NCBI GenBank assembly: GCA_036172245.1
Contig: JAYWIR010000003.1
Location: forward strand, 7,006,001 to 7,070,000
Direction of reading: 5' to 3'
Length of the DNA: 64,000 nt
Source of the DNA: Raillietiella orientalis
Lineage: Eukaryota
Below the pieces are notes generated by a model. The model was not told where the DNA came from and did no database searches. It saw only the letters and a list, made by a program, of their open reading frames with translations. The position numbers and the translations under genes are program-made. The number at the start of each line of letters is the position of its first letter. Within the stretch, counting starts at the first letter, position 1. Positions 1 through 13,080 of this stretch are shown in pieces.

Positions 1-859
1 CAAGATCTTTGATTCGAACGAGGATCACTTCGCGTTTTATTGAGCGAGGAAGTGGAGATGCCAGCGCAGGATGCACGCGTTTTTCACCTCGAGAGGAACG
101 GCAGCAGACTTCGAGTTCTATCCAGAGATTCTAAATGGCTCCACAGAGTAGTGGCGCGCAGCATTCCTTAATTAAGAATCTGATTCATTTGCATTTAATT
201 GTCTTCATTTAAGGATGCCTTTGCATTCTCCATCAAAGCAACGATATGGAGGAAGATGGGGGGGGGGAGTCAGACGCCGGGGAAAAGTGCCGGACGCCGA
301 ATGTAGCAAGAAGAGGTTCTGAGATCGAGATCTGGCAAGAGATTAACTCGTATGCACACAGAAGCTCGGGCCAAAGGGCGCGGAATGTCGCGGCTCCCGA
401 GGACGAACGACGGGTGCATCCGAGTCCGGTGAAAAGTCCGCGGAGGAGACTTGGAGCTTCCCTGGGAGAAGATGCGCGGCACTCGCAACAGATTCTTAAC
501 CATCGTCCACGTGAAATCCGTCCCGCTGGCGAGGACGTCCACCTAGATAAAACTGTCGGCCGTTCGAGATGCGGCGGCGAGGACAAGGGAGAGACATCGG
601 CGCCGCGGCGGACGGATGGTGCGAGGGGCGAATTCGCGCGCAGCACTCAAAGTGAGCGAGTCTCCCTCGCGGGTGACAGGTGGAACGGGGCGGTCCAGGG
701 GAACGCCCCACTGCTTGCAGGGAGTCGAGAGCTGTCATGATCGGAAGGGGAGGTAGCGCTGGGATTCGAGCCTGGCTTTCTCGGAAGCTCACGTGCACGG
801 CTCGGACCCGCTGACTTGCCTCGGGAACGGGGAAGCTCAGGAACAGGCCGAAGAATGCC

Positions 860-1480
860 AAATCTTCCACTCGCTGAAGACTGCATCCCAAGCACCCGGA
901 GTACTGACCACACAGGGGAGCAACTCGACCAGTTTCGTCCTGGCTCTGCTACGGATCTAGAAAGATCTCATACGAGATGGATTCCACCTTCACGGGGTTT
1001 TAAGATGCCATTAGGATCAGGGGTGAGGGACGACTCACCAGAGCGCCGATCGCTCCCAGCGGACCCCGTCCAGAGGGATTCGTGGATTCGGGTGCAGCGG
1101 TCCAGACGGAGATCGGCACGAGTTTTCTCACAGGGTGGTGAAGAACGGGGAACCTTGCAACTGTAGAGCGGCACACCTTGAAGAACTGCGCGAAGAGATC
1201 AGGACGAAGAAACGGTGGATGCTCACGAAAGAAGGAAAGTTCGAGACTTGGAAAAAGGTCAAATCGCATATGCACATGCCACAGGTTGGAGATGCAAGCG
1301 AGAAGGGATCCTGCTTGGAGTCTGGCAGAGAAGCACTCGAAGACAGCGCTTACAAGTCCCTTCTCTTGGCGTTGTTTGTGTCAGGACTGGTTACTTAGGA
1401 GACGGAGCCTCTTGTATACCGACTTGGTTCTGATGATGGCGCAGACTCTGAGGAGCCATGGAGACTTTCTTGCTTGAATT
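860..1480 (+). pseudogene. Degenerate fragment of unidentified large ORF family (ORF-X)
   Basis: 1117-1270 is a clear nucleotide paralogue of 3909-4058 (HLEELREEIRTKKRWML..FETWKKVKS vs HLEELLEEVRTKKRWML..FGTWQKIKS); stops and frameshifts present. Confidence 0.65.
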
Positions 1481-1639
1481 TATAATTCACCATCGCGTTA
1501 CAGAGAGAAACATTCACATGTTTCCGAGATTCCTCACTCGCTCATCTGGAACGCTCGTCGCCCCTTAGCCTGTCGCCTCCTCGACTTGTCCTCCGTCTCG
1601 CGAGAGATGAGGTTATCCGGCTGTATCTGATTATCGGCC

Positions 1640-1960
1640 TTCGTGTGACGTGGGTTGCATGGATGCTCCTAAATGCACGAAGCCATCATTCGATGTCTTG
1701 CCGTCACCAATCACTTCTTCGTAATTCCAAGATCCCGCAGTACTTCGTGGATCCCAGGCTCCCAGTGGGCCAACGACGAGAGCATGCACCCTGCATTGCT
1801 TCCACTCTGTCTAGCCGGAGGGCTGATTCCTTGCACTTTTCCAGCTTGTTGCTCCTAGCTGTGCCAAAGGGCGCTTTTCCACCGCTTCCCACAGGGTGGT
1901 GAACTCCTACCGAGATTTCGGTGTCTTCTTGCCTCCCTGGATGAGTCATCTTTAACCATT
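1640..1960 (-). mobile_element. Remnant of a restriction-like endonuclease (RLE) domain from an R2/NeSL/Utopia-type non-LTR retrotransposon
   Basis: Frameshifted minus-strand translation: APFGTARSNKLEKCK..CRVHALVVGPLGAWDP..VLRDLGI, matching the RLE C-terminal pattern AFxxARxxKxxKY..VVGALGSWDPxNxxVLxxLGI. Confidence 0.65.
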
Positions 1961-2279
1961 CTTTTTGCATCTTCCCGTTCGTTCGCTACCGAGTGAGCGG
2001 GTTGTCAGCCGCGGTTGCAGCGGATGGCTTCTCGGACTCTTCTGTTGACATTGCCAGGTGTAGAGTGGGGTTCCTCCTCCGGTTCCCAGCCTTCTGCTCG
2101 CGTTCATCCGTGTCCGCAGGAAAGCGTTTCGTCTCCCTGTGCAGAATCTCTTTGCAGTCCACTCCGGTCCCTGTTCCCCATGCTCCCGTTGGCTCTAGAT
2201 CCCGAGAGGAGTATCTGGCGGCTGTGCGGAAGGTGACGCCTGGAGCATCGAACTCATATCGGAGATGGCCTTATAGAAA

Positions 2280-4060
2280 TCGTGTCCAAGAGCCCTCGAG
2301 TAGGACGGAAGCGTCGGACGTCGATGAAGGAGCACCGGAACGCCTCACTCAACAAGATGGGGAAAACATGGGGGAAGGCATCCAGGCAAGGGTCAGAGAG
2401 GAGAGCAGAGGAGACTACGGAGCCATTTGTCCTCATGTGCGAAGAGGCAGATGGGAAATGGCATCAGCAGGATGCCGCAAGGAAGTGCAAGCTCAGGGAA
2501 TCCCCAGAGTAAACATCGTGAGCGAACCGAACGAGCGAGGAACTGACCAATGATGCAGAGAGAGACCGAAGATGAGGGCAGCGACTGCTGACGCAACTTC
2601 TCGCAAATCGGGGGCAGCAGCTGCGCACGCCGCCAATTTTGCTGTCCCAAAACGAAGTCATCTCGGGGGGTGGGGGAATCCCTCAATTCACAAGCAAACG
2701 GAAACCTCGCGCGCTCTGTCATCTCGCAGGCGATGACAAAAGACGAACGCGGATGGGCGTGGAAATTCGGTAAGCCACTGAGGAAATGGGAATTCGGGTC
2801 CTTCATGGGAGATGGGAACTAAAGATGCTTAGGAACAAATGGGGAGGAATCACGTCTCGAGGATGAGAAAGAAGCATCGCAAGCCTTGGATGGGATTAGG
2901 TGGATTTCCCAAAGCCTCGGACAGATGGATGCAAAGCGTTTCGAACTCAAGTTGATGGGCTCCCAAGGGCGGTAGCAGACTATTCGAAATAGATGACCAT
3001 TCATCCCGCTTATCCCCCGCAAGATGGCGTTCGATGACCCGAGAAATGTTCCTGGCACATGACGGATCTGGGAGATGGAGCCAGCCTGGCGATAGCGGAT
3101 TGGAAATCAAGCCATTCACTGGAAGCCGCGGGCGCTGGAACCCGCTCGTTTGCCCACCTATTCGCCAGTGGCCAAGCGAACTGTCCCATCCTGATCAGAA
3201 GTGGAAGCCGTCGTCGTCTTCGTCGGGCGATCAATCATCTCTTGCGACTTCGTACCCTGCGCTCTTCCGGACGGTTTGATCGATCCCGTAGCGGTTGCAC
3301 GTCAGTCAAGCAGCGCTGTCGCCTCCAGAGTGCCGTTCCGAGGATTCTGCGCCAAGTGGCGCACACGCATATGGCCGGAGCCTCGCCTGCGTGTTCGTGC
3401 TGCTATCGAAAATTCTCCGGAAGGTGTCCCTCATTTTTTCTGCTTCTGGGAAGCTGCCATTCGTCGTGAGGGTGAGGAGAATCGACACCGATTTTTCATC
3501 TTCCCATGCCCATGACGTAATCTACCACGAGCACGTTGAATCCCTGATGTTCTTGGAACGTTTTGCTTGCGCTGGAAGCGAGAGTGTTCCTGGTTACTTC
3601 CAGTGCTTGCGACGATGGGGAAAAAAATTCCTGTTTCCCTCAAGACTTCCTGCTCTTGAAGACGGGAGTGCGTTGCTGCTCGATCCCATGAGGACGTTTC
3701 TTCGCCAACTATAAAGAGAACTTCGATATGCTCTTTCTAGCTTCTTGCTAATCCGGCTCTCCGCAGCGCCGTTCTTCGACGCGATTTCCAAGGGCCTCAG
3801 ACTGAAAGGGCCATCCTGTCTCTAGCTGCATCAGGGTCCAGGCAACAGCAATGGGGACCCCGTACTCATTCCACAAGCAGTTCGCAGCCTCCCGGAGTAA
3901 GGGAGCGGCACGAGTTTTTCTCACAGAGTGGTGAGGAACAGGGAACGGTGCAGCCGCGGACCAGCACACCTCGAAGAACTCCTAGAAGAGGTCAGGACGA
4001 AGAAACGGTGGATGCTCATGAAGGAGTTCGGGACTTGGCAAAAGATCAAATCGTGCACTC
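2280..4060 (+). pseudogene. ORF-X degenerate copy
   Basis: Ordered blocks MTDLGDGASLAI/RWNPLVC, ALPDGL..PVAVA, HDVIYHEHVESLMFLERF, WGKKFLFPS, LLLDPMR, FGTWQKIKS; firm from about 2930, 5' part tentative. Confidence 0.65.
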
Positions 4061-4599
4061 TTATCGTGCTATGGGCTGAAGACGCAGGCGCGAGGGCACC
4101 CTCTGCCGAAACCTCAAGGTCGGAAACCGAGACTTGAGAGGACCCATGTCTGACTCGATCGAAGGGCCTCTCGCTGGCCTCTCCTGACGCATCTTTTCGA
4201 GATCTCTGGGCACCTTCTCCCTCAGGGAGTGCTTGAAACCGGGCGTGCAAGCGAATGGAAGCACGTCTGCTTGAATGCTAAAGTTGGGTTCCGGACCACG
4301 CGATCAGCCGGCTGTCGGGAGGAACGCACTGTTCTTCCCGACGCACGCCGTAAACGCACGCGCGTGGATCCGCTGCAGCAGCCGTTGCATCAACAGCTCC
4401 CGGTGCTCTACGACATGGCACGAACTCAGGTGTTGCTGAGATCCTCCGGGAGCAGAGACCCCGCGCTGCGCTCCACCTCTGGTAGGACGTTCCCTCTGCT
4501 TCGAGAATTTCCCTGTTCCTCTTCCTATAGCGTCATGCGCGCACCTGGAGAAAAACGCCACGAGTGATCCCGATGCTGGTATCATCCCGTTCTATCGCC

Positions 4600-5550
4600 G
4601 TCAGGGCCGCGACTCATCATATTTCTCGGGAATTTTCCTCCATCGTCGCAAGCACTGGGAGGAACCAGGAGACACGCTCTCGCTTCCTGTGCAAGCACAA
4701 CACCCGAGGGTCCACAGGGATTTGATGTGTTCGTGGTAGATTGCGTCATGGACACTGGAAGATGAAAAGTCGGTGCCGATCCTCACCCGTACGATGGACG
4801 GTACTGCGGACCCTGGAATCTTCCTATTTAAAGATGGATCTTAATGTACATCTGCGTCAGCATTTCGACCTTCCGCTCATGACTACGGGCTTCCGATCTT
4901 CGATCCTGAATAGACGATCGCTTCACGTTTCCCTCACCAATGATGTCGTGCTTCTTCCCGCTGACTCGGTTTTGTCCTCCCAGCACATTCCGTTCCCCTT
5001 CACCGGAATCCCTTCCGGGCTGTAAGATTTCTCCGAGAATCGACCTCCGTTTGCCGGCTGCTGAGATTCTCCTGGACGCGGTCTTGGCAGGCCGGAAGGT
5101 CCTACCGGGAACGGGACGGCAACGCTGCAGCCTTCTTCTCCCAGGGAACAAACGAGCCCCTTCTCCTTGCTCCGTGTTGTCCCTCCACTTTCGTGCTGCC
5201 CTCCGCCTCGAAATGCCCTTTCGGGATCGATGTTCCAATCCATTATGTCTGCAGCTCCTGCACCCCTTGCAGGGGGGACATCTCCCTGTTGTTTATTGCG
5301 GCTCGGCCACGGCATAATTGCCGTTCCTCTCCGAATTGCTCGCTTCGGAGGCGCAACTTTTCCCGGAGCTCTACGTGACCTTCGCTACTTTCCGAGCTGC
5401 AGCCTTCTCGGATCTCAGTATTTCAAAGCGGATGCGGCCCGTCTGTGGTACGTGTCCTCACTTGCCCGGAACGAGAGTTTCATCATCGATAATGGAAACA
5501 TTTCAGAGTTCGTAAATATTCTTTCGTCAAATGCGGCAATCAGGTCGGCT
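4600..5550 (-). pseudogene. ORF-X degenerate copy
   Basis: 4628-4790 is an inverted paralogue of 3470-3630 (GTDFSSSSVHDAIYHEHIKSL vs DTDFSSSHAHDVIYHEHVESL); extension to 5550 tentative. Confidence 0.55.
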
Positions 5551-5729
5551 TAAGGATTCCTCCTCTTCCCTTCTTTTTCATCTTTTTTCTTCTTCTTCTT
5601 CCTTCTTAACATACATCATTTAGAAGATTCTTCCGGATTCTTTTCCTCTACGGCGATCGAGCGCTGACCTGGGAGCGCTTGCCATTCCGTCCTCGTCTTC
5701 CGACAGAATGACAAAGTGATTTATTTGCT

Positions 5730-7070
5730 TTGGATTGGAGCGGATTGGGAGGTCCAGGGAAACGCTTCGTTTCCATGAATACCTCGGCTCCGAAAATTCT
5801 GCTTGCTGGAGCCGTAGTGTTCGTTCCTCCCGACGCTGATCAGAATTTCGATCAGGAACGAGAGCCGTCGCTCCTGTTTGCTCCCCTGTCCTTGGGGGAA
5901 AGAGCGCATGATCCTGTGGATGTGCGTGCACGCTGAGACACGCGAGCCGCTTCCAGGAGAGCAGCAGGTCACTTCTGAGCATCTTTGGAAGACAGACCCC
6001 TAGGCGAAGGGTGCTCGCTTCGGAAGGCTGAGAGAAAGGGATGTTCTCAGTGTTCGGATGGCAGCCGGTTCTTCACGGCGCTCCGACTGGACTCTGCTGG
6101 AACATTCGGGAAGGCGATGAGCCCGAGGCGATCTTGGAGGAAGAGCTCGGCGTCCACAGCCTCGGGCCCCTGGAGGCGAGCTGTGAAAGAGCCGACCATC
6201 ATGCGAGGGAAGGAAGAGAGGATCAAGAAGCGGTCGCCTGGAAGCCAGTGGGAAAGGAAAGAGAGCAATAACGAATTTCAGGGGGAAAGAAGGGCTAAAT
6301 TCGTCCCAGCTCGTAACCAGAGAAATAGGGAGCAAAGGGTTTCGTGCAGATAGGGAGGAGGGCACGTCCTCGAGGTGTTCACTAAAAGACAACAATCTAA
6401 AGGATGATTCTGCCGGATGTGCACTCTCTTGGAAGAACTCGAAGGGACAGGAATGCAAGCAGAAATCCACGGCCGCGCTTCCTGAAGATCGGGTCGACGA
6501 AGGTCCGAAGATGATCGGTGCAAGCGCGGTCTCCTGCAGTCGGTAGCACAGCAGCCAGACCATGGAACGAGATGCAGAGCCTTCGACGAGAGGAAAGAAT
6601 TGACCTCTGAACCGCTGCGAAAGCCAACTGTGAGCAGCCGGATCTCGAGGAAGACACGTCTTTTGCTTCACGAGGAAGCTGCAGAGGTGCAGAGAAGTTC
6701 TTTCGCAAAGACCCTCTTCTTCAGAGTGAAGCAGGTGCCTACGACGAGGAGCTCCTGAGAAAAGACCCCGTGGAGTTAGGAGACCTGGCATTCCCGAGGA
6801 TGAGGAGCGCGAGGCATAGAGGCAGACGCGATGATGAGCACGAAGACTCGGATCTTACCAAGGGAAGCCAGACGCGCTTTCACGGGGCTTGGAACTGATG
6901 CCGAAGCACGTTGAAGTGGACCTCACGCGAGAGGCCGAGAACTCGCGGGATCGATGAAGATGGAAGGGAAACAGATTAGGCCACCGAGAATATCAAGTGG
7001 AACTTCCCAAGAGCCAAACTCGAGATCTTCAGAGTCAGATCATCGGAGAGTGTCGGGCTAGCTGGTCGGG
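5730..7070 (+). pseudogene. ORF-X degenerate copy
   Basis: ctgatcagaatttcga (DQNF) identical at 5836-5851 and 42823-42838; later GAEKFF, GKPDAL and RASWSGV blocks in family order. Confidence 0.5.
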
Positions 7071-8239
7071 GGTGACCACCACCTCTTGTGCTGCCTTGCG
7101 AACGCATTCCCGGGGTTATTTGGAAGATGAGGAGGAAAAGATCGGAGGGGGGGGGGACACTGGGAACACGCGTCCAGTGCCTGCGAAGAACGAGCCAATA
7201 GTCTCTCCCCGCGAAGCCGGTTCCCCAATTCTTGCGCCACCTACGCACGTGACCTTGTCAGCGTCTCGCATCTCGATTGAGGCGTTCGGAACCAGAAGAT
7301 CCGATCGAGACCTCGGTAGCCTCCGGGAACGAGTCGGAAGGTGTTGCTTTCTTTTGAGCTGCTTCATCCTGTCTTCGGAGGCTGCTGGACAAGTTCGCAA
7401 GATGCGAGGGATGGTCCTTCGTGCGTCTCGGACGGTCTCGGATGCACAGCTCATTTTTTGACCTCCTCATTCACGAACGTCACATTCACGTCACGATGCC
7501 ACGAGGCAACCAACCGCCTTAATTGGAGACAGTGCGAGGCAGTAAGGCCGGTTCGCAAGAGCGAGGAAGCTGGAAGCACCGGGAACGTTCTGGGAAAAAT
7601 CGACGTCTCGGATTCCGGCTCGCCGGAAGGTTGGCGCTTCCGAAGAGGAGGCAGCATGCCATCAGTCGCTCCCCGCGTCTTCTGGCGCTCCGGACAACCG
7701 GCGGCGTGCCTCCTCTGGACTCTGGAGGACACGCGCTCTCCCCTTCGGCAGGGCCCTTTCTTCCGGACTTCACCGGTCCCGTAACTGTCCTGACCTTTGT
7801 ATCAGCAGGCAGTTCCTGTGGAGACCTAGAGGTTTTGGACCCGTCTGTGATAATCTCCGGCGAGGAAACCTCTTCTCGCTTCTTCTCGTGCCGGCCGGGT
7901 TTCATACTGGAAGGAAAGACGGTCGCCGTATGCTCCGAGTCTGGTAAGAAAGCCACGCTCCTCGCAAAGGGACTCTTTTTCCCCCGGAAGGCACGTGGGA
8001 CTACTCCATCCCAAAGTGTCGCCCCGTTCGCTGCTCTCGCCCACTCATAGAGGACCGGTTCCTGAAGCTGGACCTGTTCAACGACAGCTATGGAGGGAAG
8101 GCTTTCTTCCGCTGCGCCTCGGGCTATCGGCTGGTTGGGAAGCAGCAGATCGAATGCTCGGAGAACGAAGAATGGTCCGATCGGGTTCCTGAATGCAGAG
8201 GTGAGGCGCTTTTCGACTTCGGGGTCCCAAGGGCACGAG

Positions 8240-8480
8240 GCCTCTAGGACCCCGCTGGCTCATCCCTAGCAGGTTCTCGGGCAGATGGGCTCCGATTCTC
8301 TGCCTCGAACGTAGCCGCCCGCTCGCAGGGAGGAGGAGGACCAGCAAGGCCTCTCAAAAATCAGAGGAGCCGGTGGGTCAGGTCTTTACGAGTGGGCTCC
8401 CCCGGCTTCATTAGGTGGAAGGCTGGGATTTCCGGGCGAATGCATCGGATTCCTCCCGCGACGCACGCTTTCCGATCATG
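8240..8480 (-). mobile_element. L1/Tx1-like ORF1 fragment
   Basis: MKPGEPTRKDLTHRL..LVLLL..RQRIGAHL resembles the arthropod Tx1 ORF1 LKxGVxxxDLPHxL..LVxxPG..CxRCxxxGH region. Confidence 0.4.
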
Positions 8481-8504
8481 GAACTCACACCAAAGCCTAT
8501 TGGA

Positions 8505-8960
8505 TAAAAATCCTTTTGGATTCTTCTGTTTTCTCTGCTTTGCTTCCAGCTTTTTTTTTGGTTCTCAAGGAGTGCTGAAGAACAATTTGTCTCCTTGAGG
8601 AAGGGGAAGGAGAACTCACAAAACTCTTTGACATTGTCCGTGCCACCCGGGATGCATGTCAACTCTTCAAGTTAGGGGGTGACCCGGAGAGACCACCCCA
8701 TGAGTCCAGAAAGGAATCCGGAGGAAGGAGTCTTATGACGACACTCTTGTGAGGGGACCCCGAAGGAAAACCTTGCCCTGGTTGCCTCCAGAGAGATCCT
8801 CCGGAGGAGGCCACCCCCTTATTTCTTCTCCGAGGGGACCTCGGACAGGAATCCGCTCCCGGAATTTCTTCCTTCCCGGAAGGGAACCCGCCCGCAAGGG
8901 GAACCGCTCCTGGTTTCCTCCTCTGAAGAGAACCCCGAAGGGACGCTTTCAGATTTGCCT
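8505..8960 (+). repeat. Rep-H non-coding interspersed repeat, copy 1
   Basis: Shares gtgctgaagaac, aactcttcaagttaggg, ccctggttgcct, atttcttctccga, gggaaccgctcc and ctgaagagaacccc blocks with the other copies. Confidence 0.85.
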
Positions 8961-10329
8961 GATTAGCAGGTTAGAACCCGCAGGCGGTCGGGGCAAAGGG
9001 TCGGATCCACCCAGGCTGCCTTTCTACCGCTTGTTTGATGCCGGCACGTATCAACTGCCGGTGATGTCAGCATCGGGCGAGCGCGGAGGTCTGTTCCGGG
9101 ACTGCTGGTCAATGGACGCCACGTCCATTCACTCCCGGGGATGCTGCTGCTGCTGTTTACCCTCCCGGGTTTTTTTCCCGCTCGTTCATTTCGAACCGCC
9201 CGTGCCCTAGCAGCAAAGGGTTGGGGACGCGCAGGCGGCTGCCACTTCTTTGGGACTCCTACCAGTGGCCTCACGAGCGACGCCAGCAGCACCAAGCAAG
9301 TTCCGCGGAAGATCGATGGGGGGAGCGTTCCGACAGATGTGCCACGGAGGCGCGTTCCTGGCCGCCTCGTCCGGCCGATCGCCATGCAAAGATGAACTCA
9401 TCCCAATGCCGCGGTTACCAAGAGCCGGCGTTCCTTGGAAAACCCTGGACCGCCTCCGAGATTCGGCGCTCCTTTTATCCCGGAGTTTTCATTCCGCCGG
9501 GAGAACTGAGCCGCCCCCTCTTCGTCGGGAAGAGCTGCCTCCTCTTCTCGAGCGCATGGGAATGGGAGGGTATCCGATAGACGTCCCCGCGGCGAACGCA
9601 ATAAAATAAGGCAAATCACTTCCATTTGGGGTGCTCCTGCAAATCCCAAAGAACTGCTTGCGTCTCTCAGCTGCCTTGACATCCTCCCCTTGTGAAGAAT
9701 TTCTCTGCGTGACACGTGCGCCGAGGTATCGATTTTTCAATTCCGCGGGGAAACGAATCAGCCGTCACCGAATCAGCATCTTCTCACTTTCTCCCCGTTC
9801 ATCCCGGAAAGATTTATGGCTTTTGGGAAACGGGAGGACAGAGCATCCGTCTGCTTCAACATCCCTGAGATTGGCGTAGCCATCCCTCCCTCTGGAGCTC
9901 TCTCGCATGTGCACGCAGTGACACCTCGGTCTGCTTCAGCCGGCACGCATCTTAACCTCAAGAAACGATGCGGCATTTGGGGTGGAAGAGTGGTACTGCG
10001 GATGCTGAGGGGAATCTTCTCCGGACCTTCCTGCTGAAAAGAAGCTCCGCCTGTTAGCGACTGCTTCCTCGACGGCCGCTCCAGCTGCCGTCGGTATCGC
10101 GGCGCGCAGGGGGCTGAAGCTCCGAAAGGTGGCTCCGTGGATCGCAGATCACTCGTAGGAACGCCGCTGCATGGCCATCGGCCATGAGCTCTCGTCAGCA
10201 CAAGACGATGCGCGTCCAAGTTCACGGCGCAAGCCAGAAATTCCTCCCCGCGCAGCTGCCCATCACGTGAAGCGCCTGGGGGGATTTGCCGGATCTTCTC
10301 AACCCGAACCGTTGCCATCTTCCGTTCTG

Positions 10330-10620
10330 AATAATCTCTGTTCTCTCCCGAGGGACCCCCTGGAGAACGCCACCCCTTTATTCCTTCTCTGGAGGGTACC
10401 CGCAAGAAAACTATTCCTGGTTTCCTTCACTGAAGAGGGCCAAGAAGGGGAGCTTCCCGATTTCGCTGGAGGGCGCTCCCCAAAGGGAGCAGGGCGCTCG
10501 TTGCACCCTGGAGAGGCAGCCGCTCTCCGTTCGGACAACAGGAGGGGAACCTCGGAGTGGTCCTTGATTCCTGGAAGGATCTCGGTGGGTCACAGTCCTC
10601 CGTCCCGAAAAACCTCTGTG
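10330..10620 (+). repeat. Rep-H, 3' part
   Basis: cctggtttccttcactgaagag..cgctccccaaagggagc..ttgcaccctggagag..ccttgattcctggaagg, matching 49690-49860. Confidence 0.75.
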
Positions 10621-10899
10621 CCTGGGTGATCGATCACACGCGAGAGCTCAGAGTCGCACCTGGACGAACTCGAGTCCTCGGCCAGGTGCGACTCCTGGAG
10701 GATCAGGCGACGCGGTCCCGACCACTCCCACATAGACGAGCGGGAGGAATTCGCCGTCCCACGCTGATCGTCACGTGTCCTCAGGGGGCGATCCCCGGGC
10801 GGCGAATGACCGGGGTCCCCATCATCAGACTGAGGTCTCACGAGTTGCCGACCTCGTTCCAATCAGCTCCAATGACATGCGTAGACGAAAGTGGACGAA

Positions 10900-11150
10900 A
10901 TGGAGGCCCGCGCTGGTGCGGTCCTGTAACTGCGGTCTCCCGGGAGTGGCACCAGAGGCAGCGGGTTCTAATTCCTCCAGGGTAAGGACCGGTGCCGAGA
11001 AATAGGGAAGGCGCCGTGGGTTTCGAGTTCCTCACCCCTTCCCGCAGTATGACTCTGGTTGTCTTGTGGGATTCGGACGCGGCACCGGTGAAAGCCGGAA
11101 ACCCACGGATGCTCCTGTTGACTGGTCGAGAATCTAAGTTGACCCTCAGG
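10900..11150 (-). mobile_element. L1/Tx1-like ORF1 fragment
   Basis: TTRVILREGVR...GIRTRCLWCHSR: Tx1-like LxEGV block followed by a decayed CxxC knuckle. Confidence 0.4.
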
Positions 11151-11159
11151 GGTCCCTTC

Positions 11160-11590
11160 AAGGAGCAGGGACTTCTTTTCGGAGCTCCCCTTCAATTGGA
11201 AAAATGAATCCGTCCCACCCTTCGGGGTCGACCCACCGTCGAGCAACATGGAGTTGGTGAGTCGATATCTCTCCAGAGTGTAAAGAGACGCGCTGTTCCC
11301 TTCGGGGAGAGCCCTCCAGAGGAAATTTGGAAGCGTCCCTTCTGGGTTCTCTTTAGAGGAGGAGGAAACTAGAAGCGGATCCTTTCCGAGAGAAGAAACG
11401 AGGAGTGACTCCCTCTGGAGGATTCCTTCGGAGAGAATAGGGAAGACGTGTTTCCCTTCGGGATTCCCTTCGGAGACAACCAGGGCGAGAGGCTCGCTTT
11501 GGAATTCTCTCCCGAGAATGAGAGGAACGGGCTCTTCTTCCTCCGGAACCCTTCCTGGATCCATATGGTGGTTCCTCCGGGATTACCAAG
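11160..11590 (-). repeat. Rep-H copy
   Basis: Reverse complement carries the atatggatccagg, ccctggttgtctccgaaggga and gaagggacgcttccaaatt blocks. Confidence 0.8.
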
Positions 11591-11999
11591 GCGCCTTCAA
11601 AGTCGGTATTCCGTTGAATGGCTTCCCTGGAGACAGATTTTCGGCCCAGAGTTCAAGGAACCGGGTCCTTCGTGAGGCATCCTGCCAAACGGTTCTGCTG
11701 CAAACCGGTTAGGTTCCCAGGAGTTGTCTCGGAGGCCCGCTGGAATTCGGGACATTCTTTTGATGGAGTGCCCTCATAGTGGTGTGCTGGGGTGGACCAT
11801 CCTTTCCCAGAGGCAACCGCTCTCTGTGAGGATACCAGCGTTTTCTTTTCCTTCGCCCTCCGTGAGGCGTTGCTGCCGATCCTTCACCCATTGCTCAGTT
11901 GGCGCCGGGATGCCTTTTATTCGTTCGGTTCCACGAACGAGAGAGGAGCCCTTTCGGAGGTCTCCGTACGAGGGAGCGCACTTACTCCTTGGTTCCTCG

Positions 12000-12150
12000 C
12001 GGGAGGTCTCCAGCGTCTGTGCCCCCCAGCCCCGCACGTGGCGCTGCGTTGCTCCTTTCTGGTCGTCCGAGTGAGGGCGGATTCCCGAGGACAGTCCCTC
12101 AAGGTCGCCATGTCCATTGTCTTTGCATCCTAGCTCGCGTGGTCAGCGCC
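12000..12150 (-). mobile_element. Decayed gag/ORF1 CCHC zinc knuckles
   Basis: CKDNGH..RDCP followed by ATCGAGGHRRW, two degenerate CxxCxxxxHxxxxC motifs. Confidence 0.4.
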
Positions 12151-13030
12151 TACTCGCCACTCTGCATTGTCGACCACTCAGCCACATCCAACGACCAAGA
12201 AGGATGGTCGAAGAAAGCAGTAGGTGGCTTCGTGGCCTCCCGCCTTGCAGAGCTCCGGTCGGCTTCCTCGGTCCCGAAGCTACTAGAACCCCTTGGCGGT
12301 GTAACAGGAAGCCTGCATGAGGCGCCACCTGGACTCCTTCTCTCTTCCTTGGGGCTTCGATCCGGGATGCAGAGCGCGGATCTCGTGAAATCAGGGCGCA
12401 ACAATCCAAATCGCCGGGGGGAGGGGTTCAGGCTACTGCTTGGAGCAGTAGCAGAGTTACCGTGGAAGATTTGACCCGGGAAGGTTGATCAACTAGGGAG
12501 TTCATTTTTGTGTGAACAGAAGGTGGTAGGTACCCTTGCCGCTCCCGGTCGGGGTGCTTCCGGAACGGTGCTTCCCGAAGGACGGAAGATGCTGCTTTGA
12601 GAAGTGGGTGCGAAGCTGCTCCTCCGGAACCACCGCGTTGTCGTGGTTGCGCCGGGAACGCGGTGGCAATTCCCCTTCGGTTCTCCCGCAAAGCGAAGGA
12701 CCGACGCGTCCTCAAGTCATGGACTCCCGAGCGGGAAGAATTTTATTTTATTTTTTCCCCCTTCCTTCCTGGAAGGCGTTCGAAATAAACGGGGAGGATG
12801 GCTCGACCATTTCCGCTACTACTCCTGGAAGCGTCCGAGCTCCTGAGCTCTCTCCGCCAGCTGCATCGGATCCAGCATCCGGAACTGCCTAGGAGGGCTT
12901 GTTGCATGTCCGGTGATTCATCGAAACGATCGCAGTTCGCGTGCGGCGGCGGCGACTCTCCCGCCGAGGTTTCTTCCCGTCTTCCCGTTCCCCTCTTTAT
13001 TTTGCGTGCGCCGTCTTCCCCCTTAGCGCT

Positions 13031-13080
13031 CTCCTCCGGAAACTGCATCTCGGAGAGCGCGTTCACATGGATCGCAATCA
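13031..13080 (+). repeat. 50-bp direct repeat, copy 1 (partner 14243-14292)
   Basis: 44/50 identical by manual alignment. Confidence 0.85.

Noticed and set aside
1618..1645. U2 snRNA-like gtatctg..ttatc next to the RLE remnant
   Set aside because: The match is too short to call a U2 target site
9020..9140. Possible upstream Sushi exon (VCSGTAGQWTP)
   Set aside because: In-frame stop, missing cysteines and no good splice sites
9630..9900. Further ORF-X fragments (also about 27380-27850, 28850-29120, 51300-51830 and 60950-61250)
   Set aside because: Only single weak motif matches each; plausible but not supportable by eye
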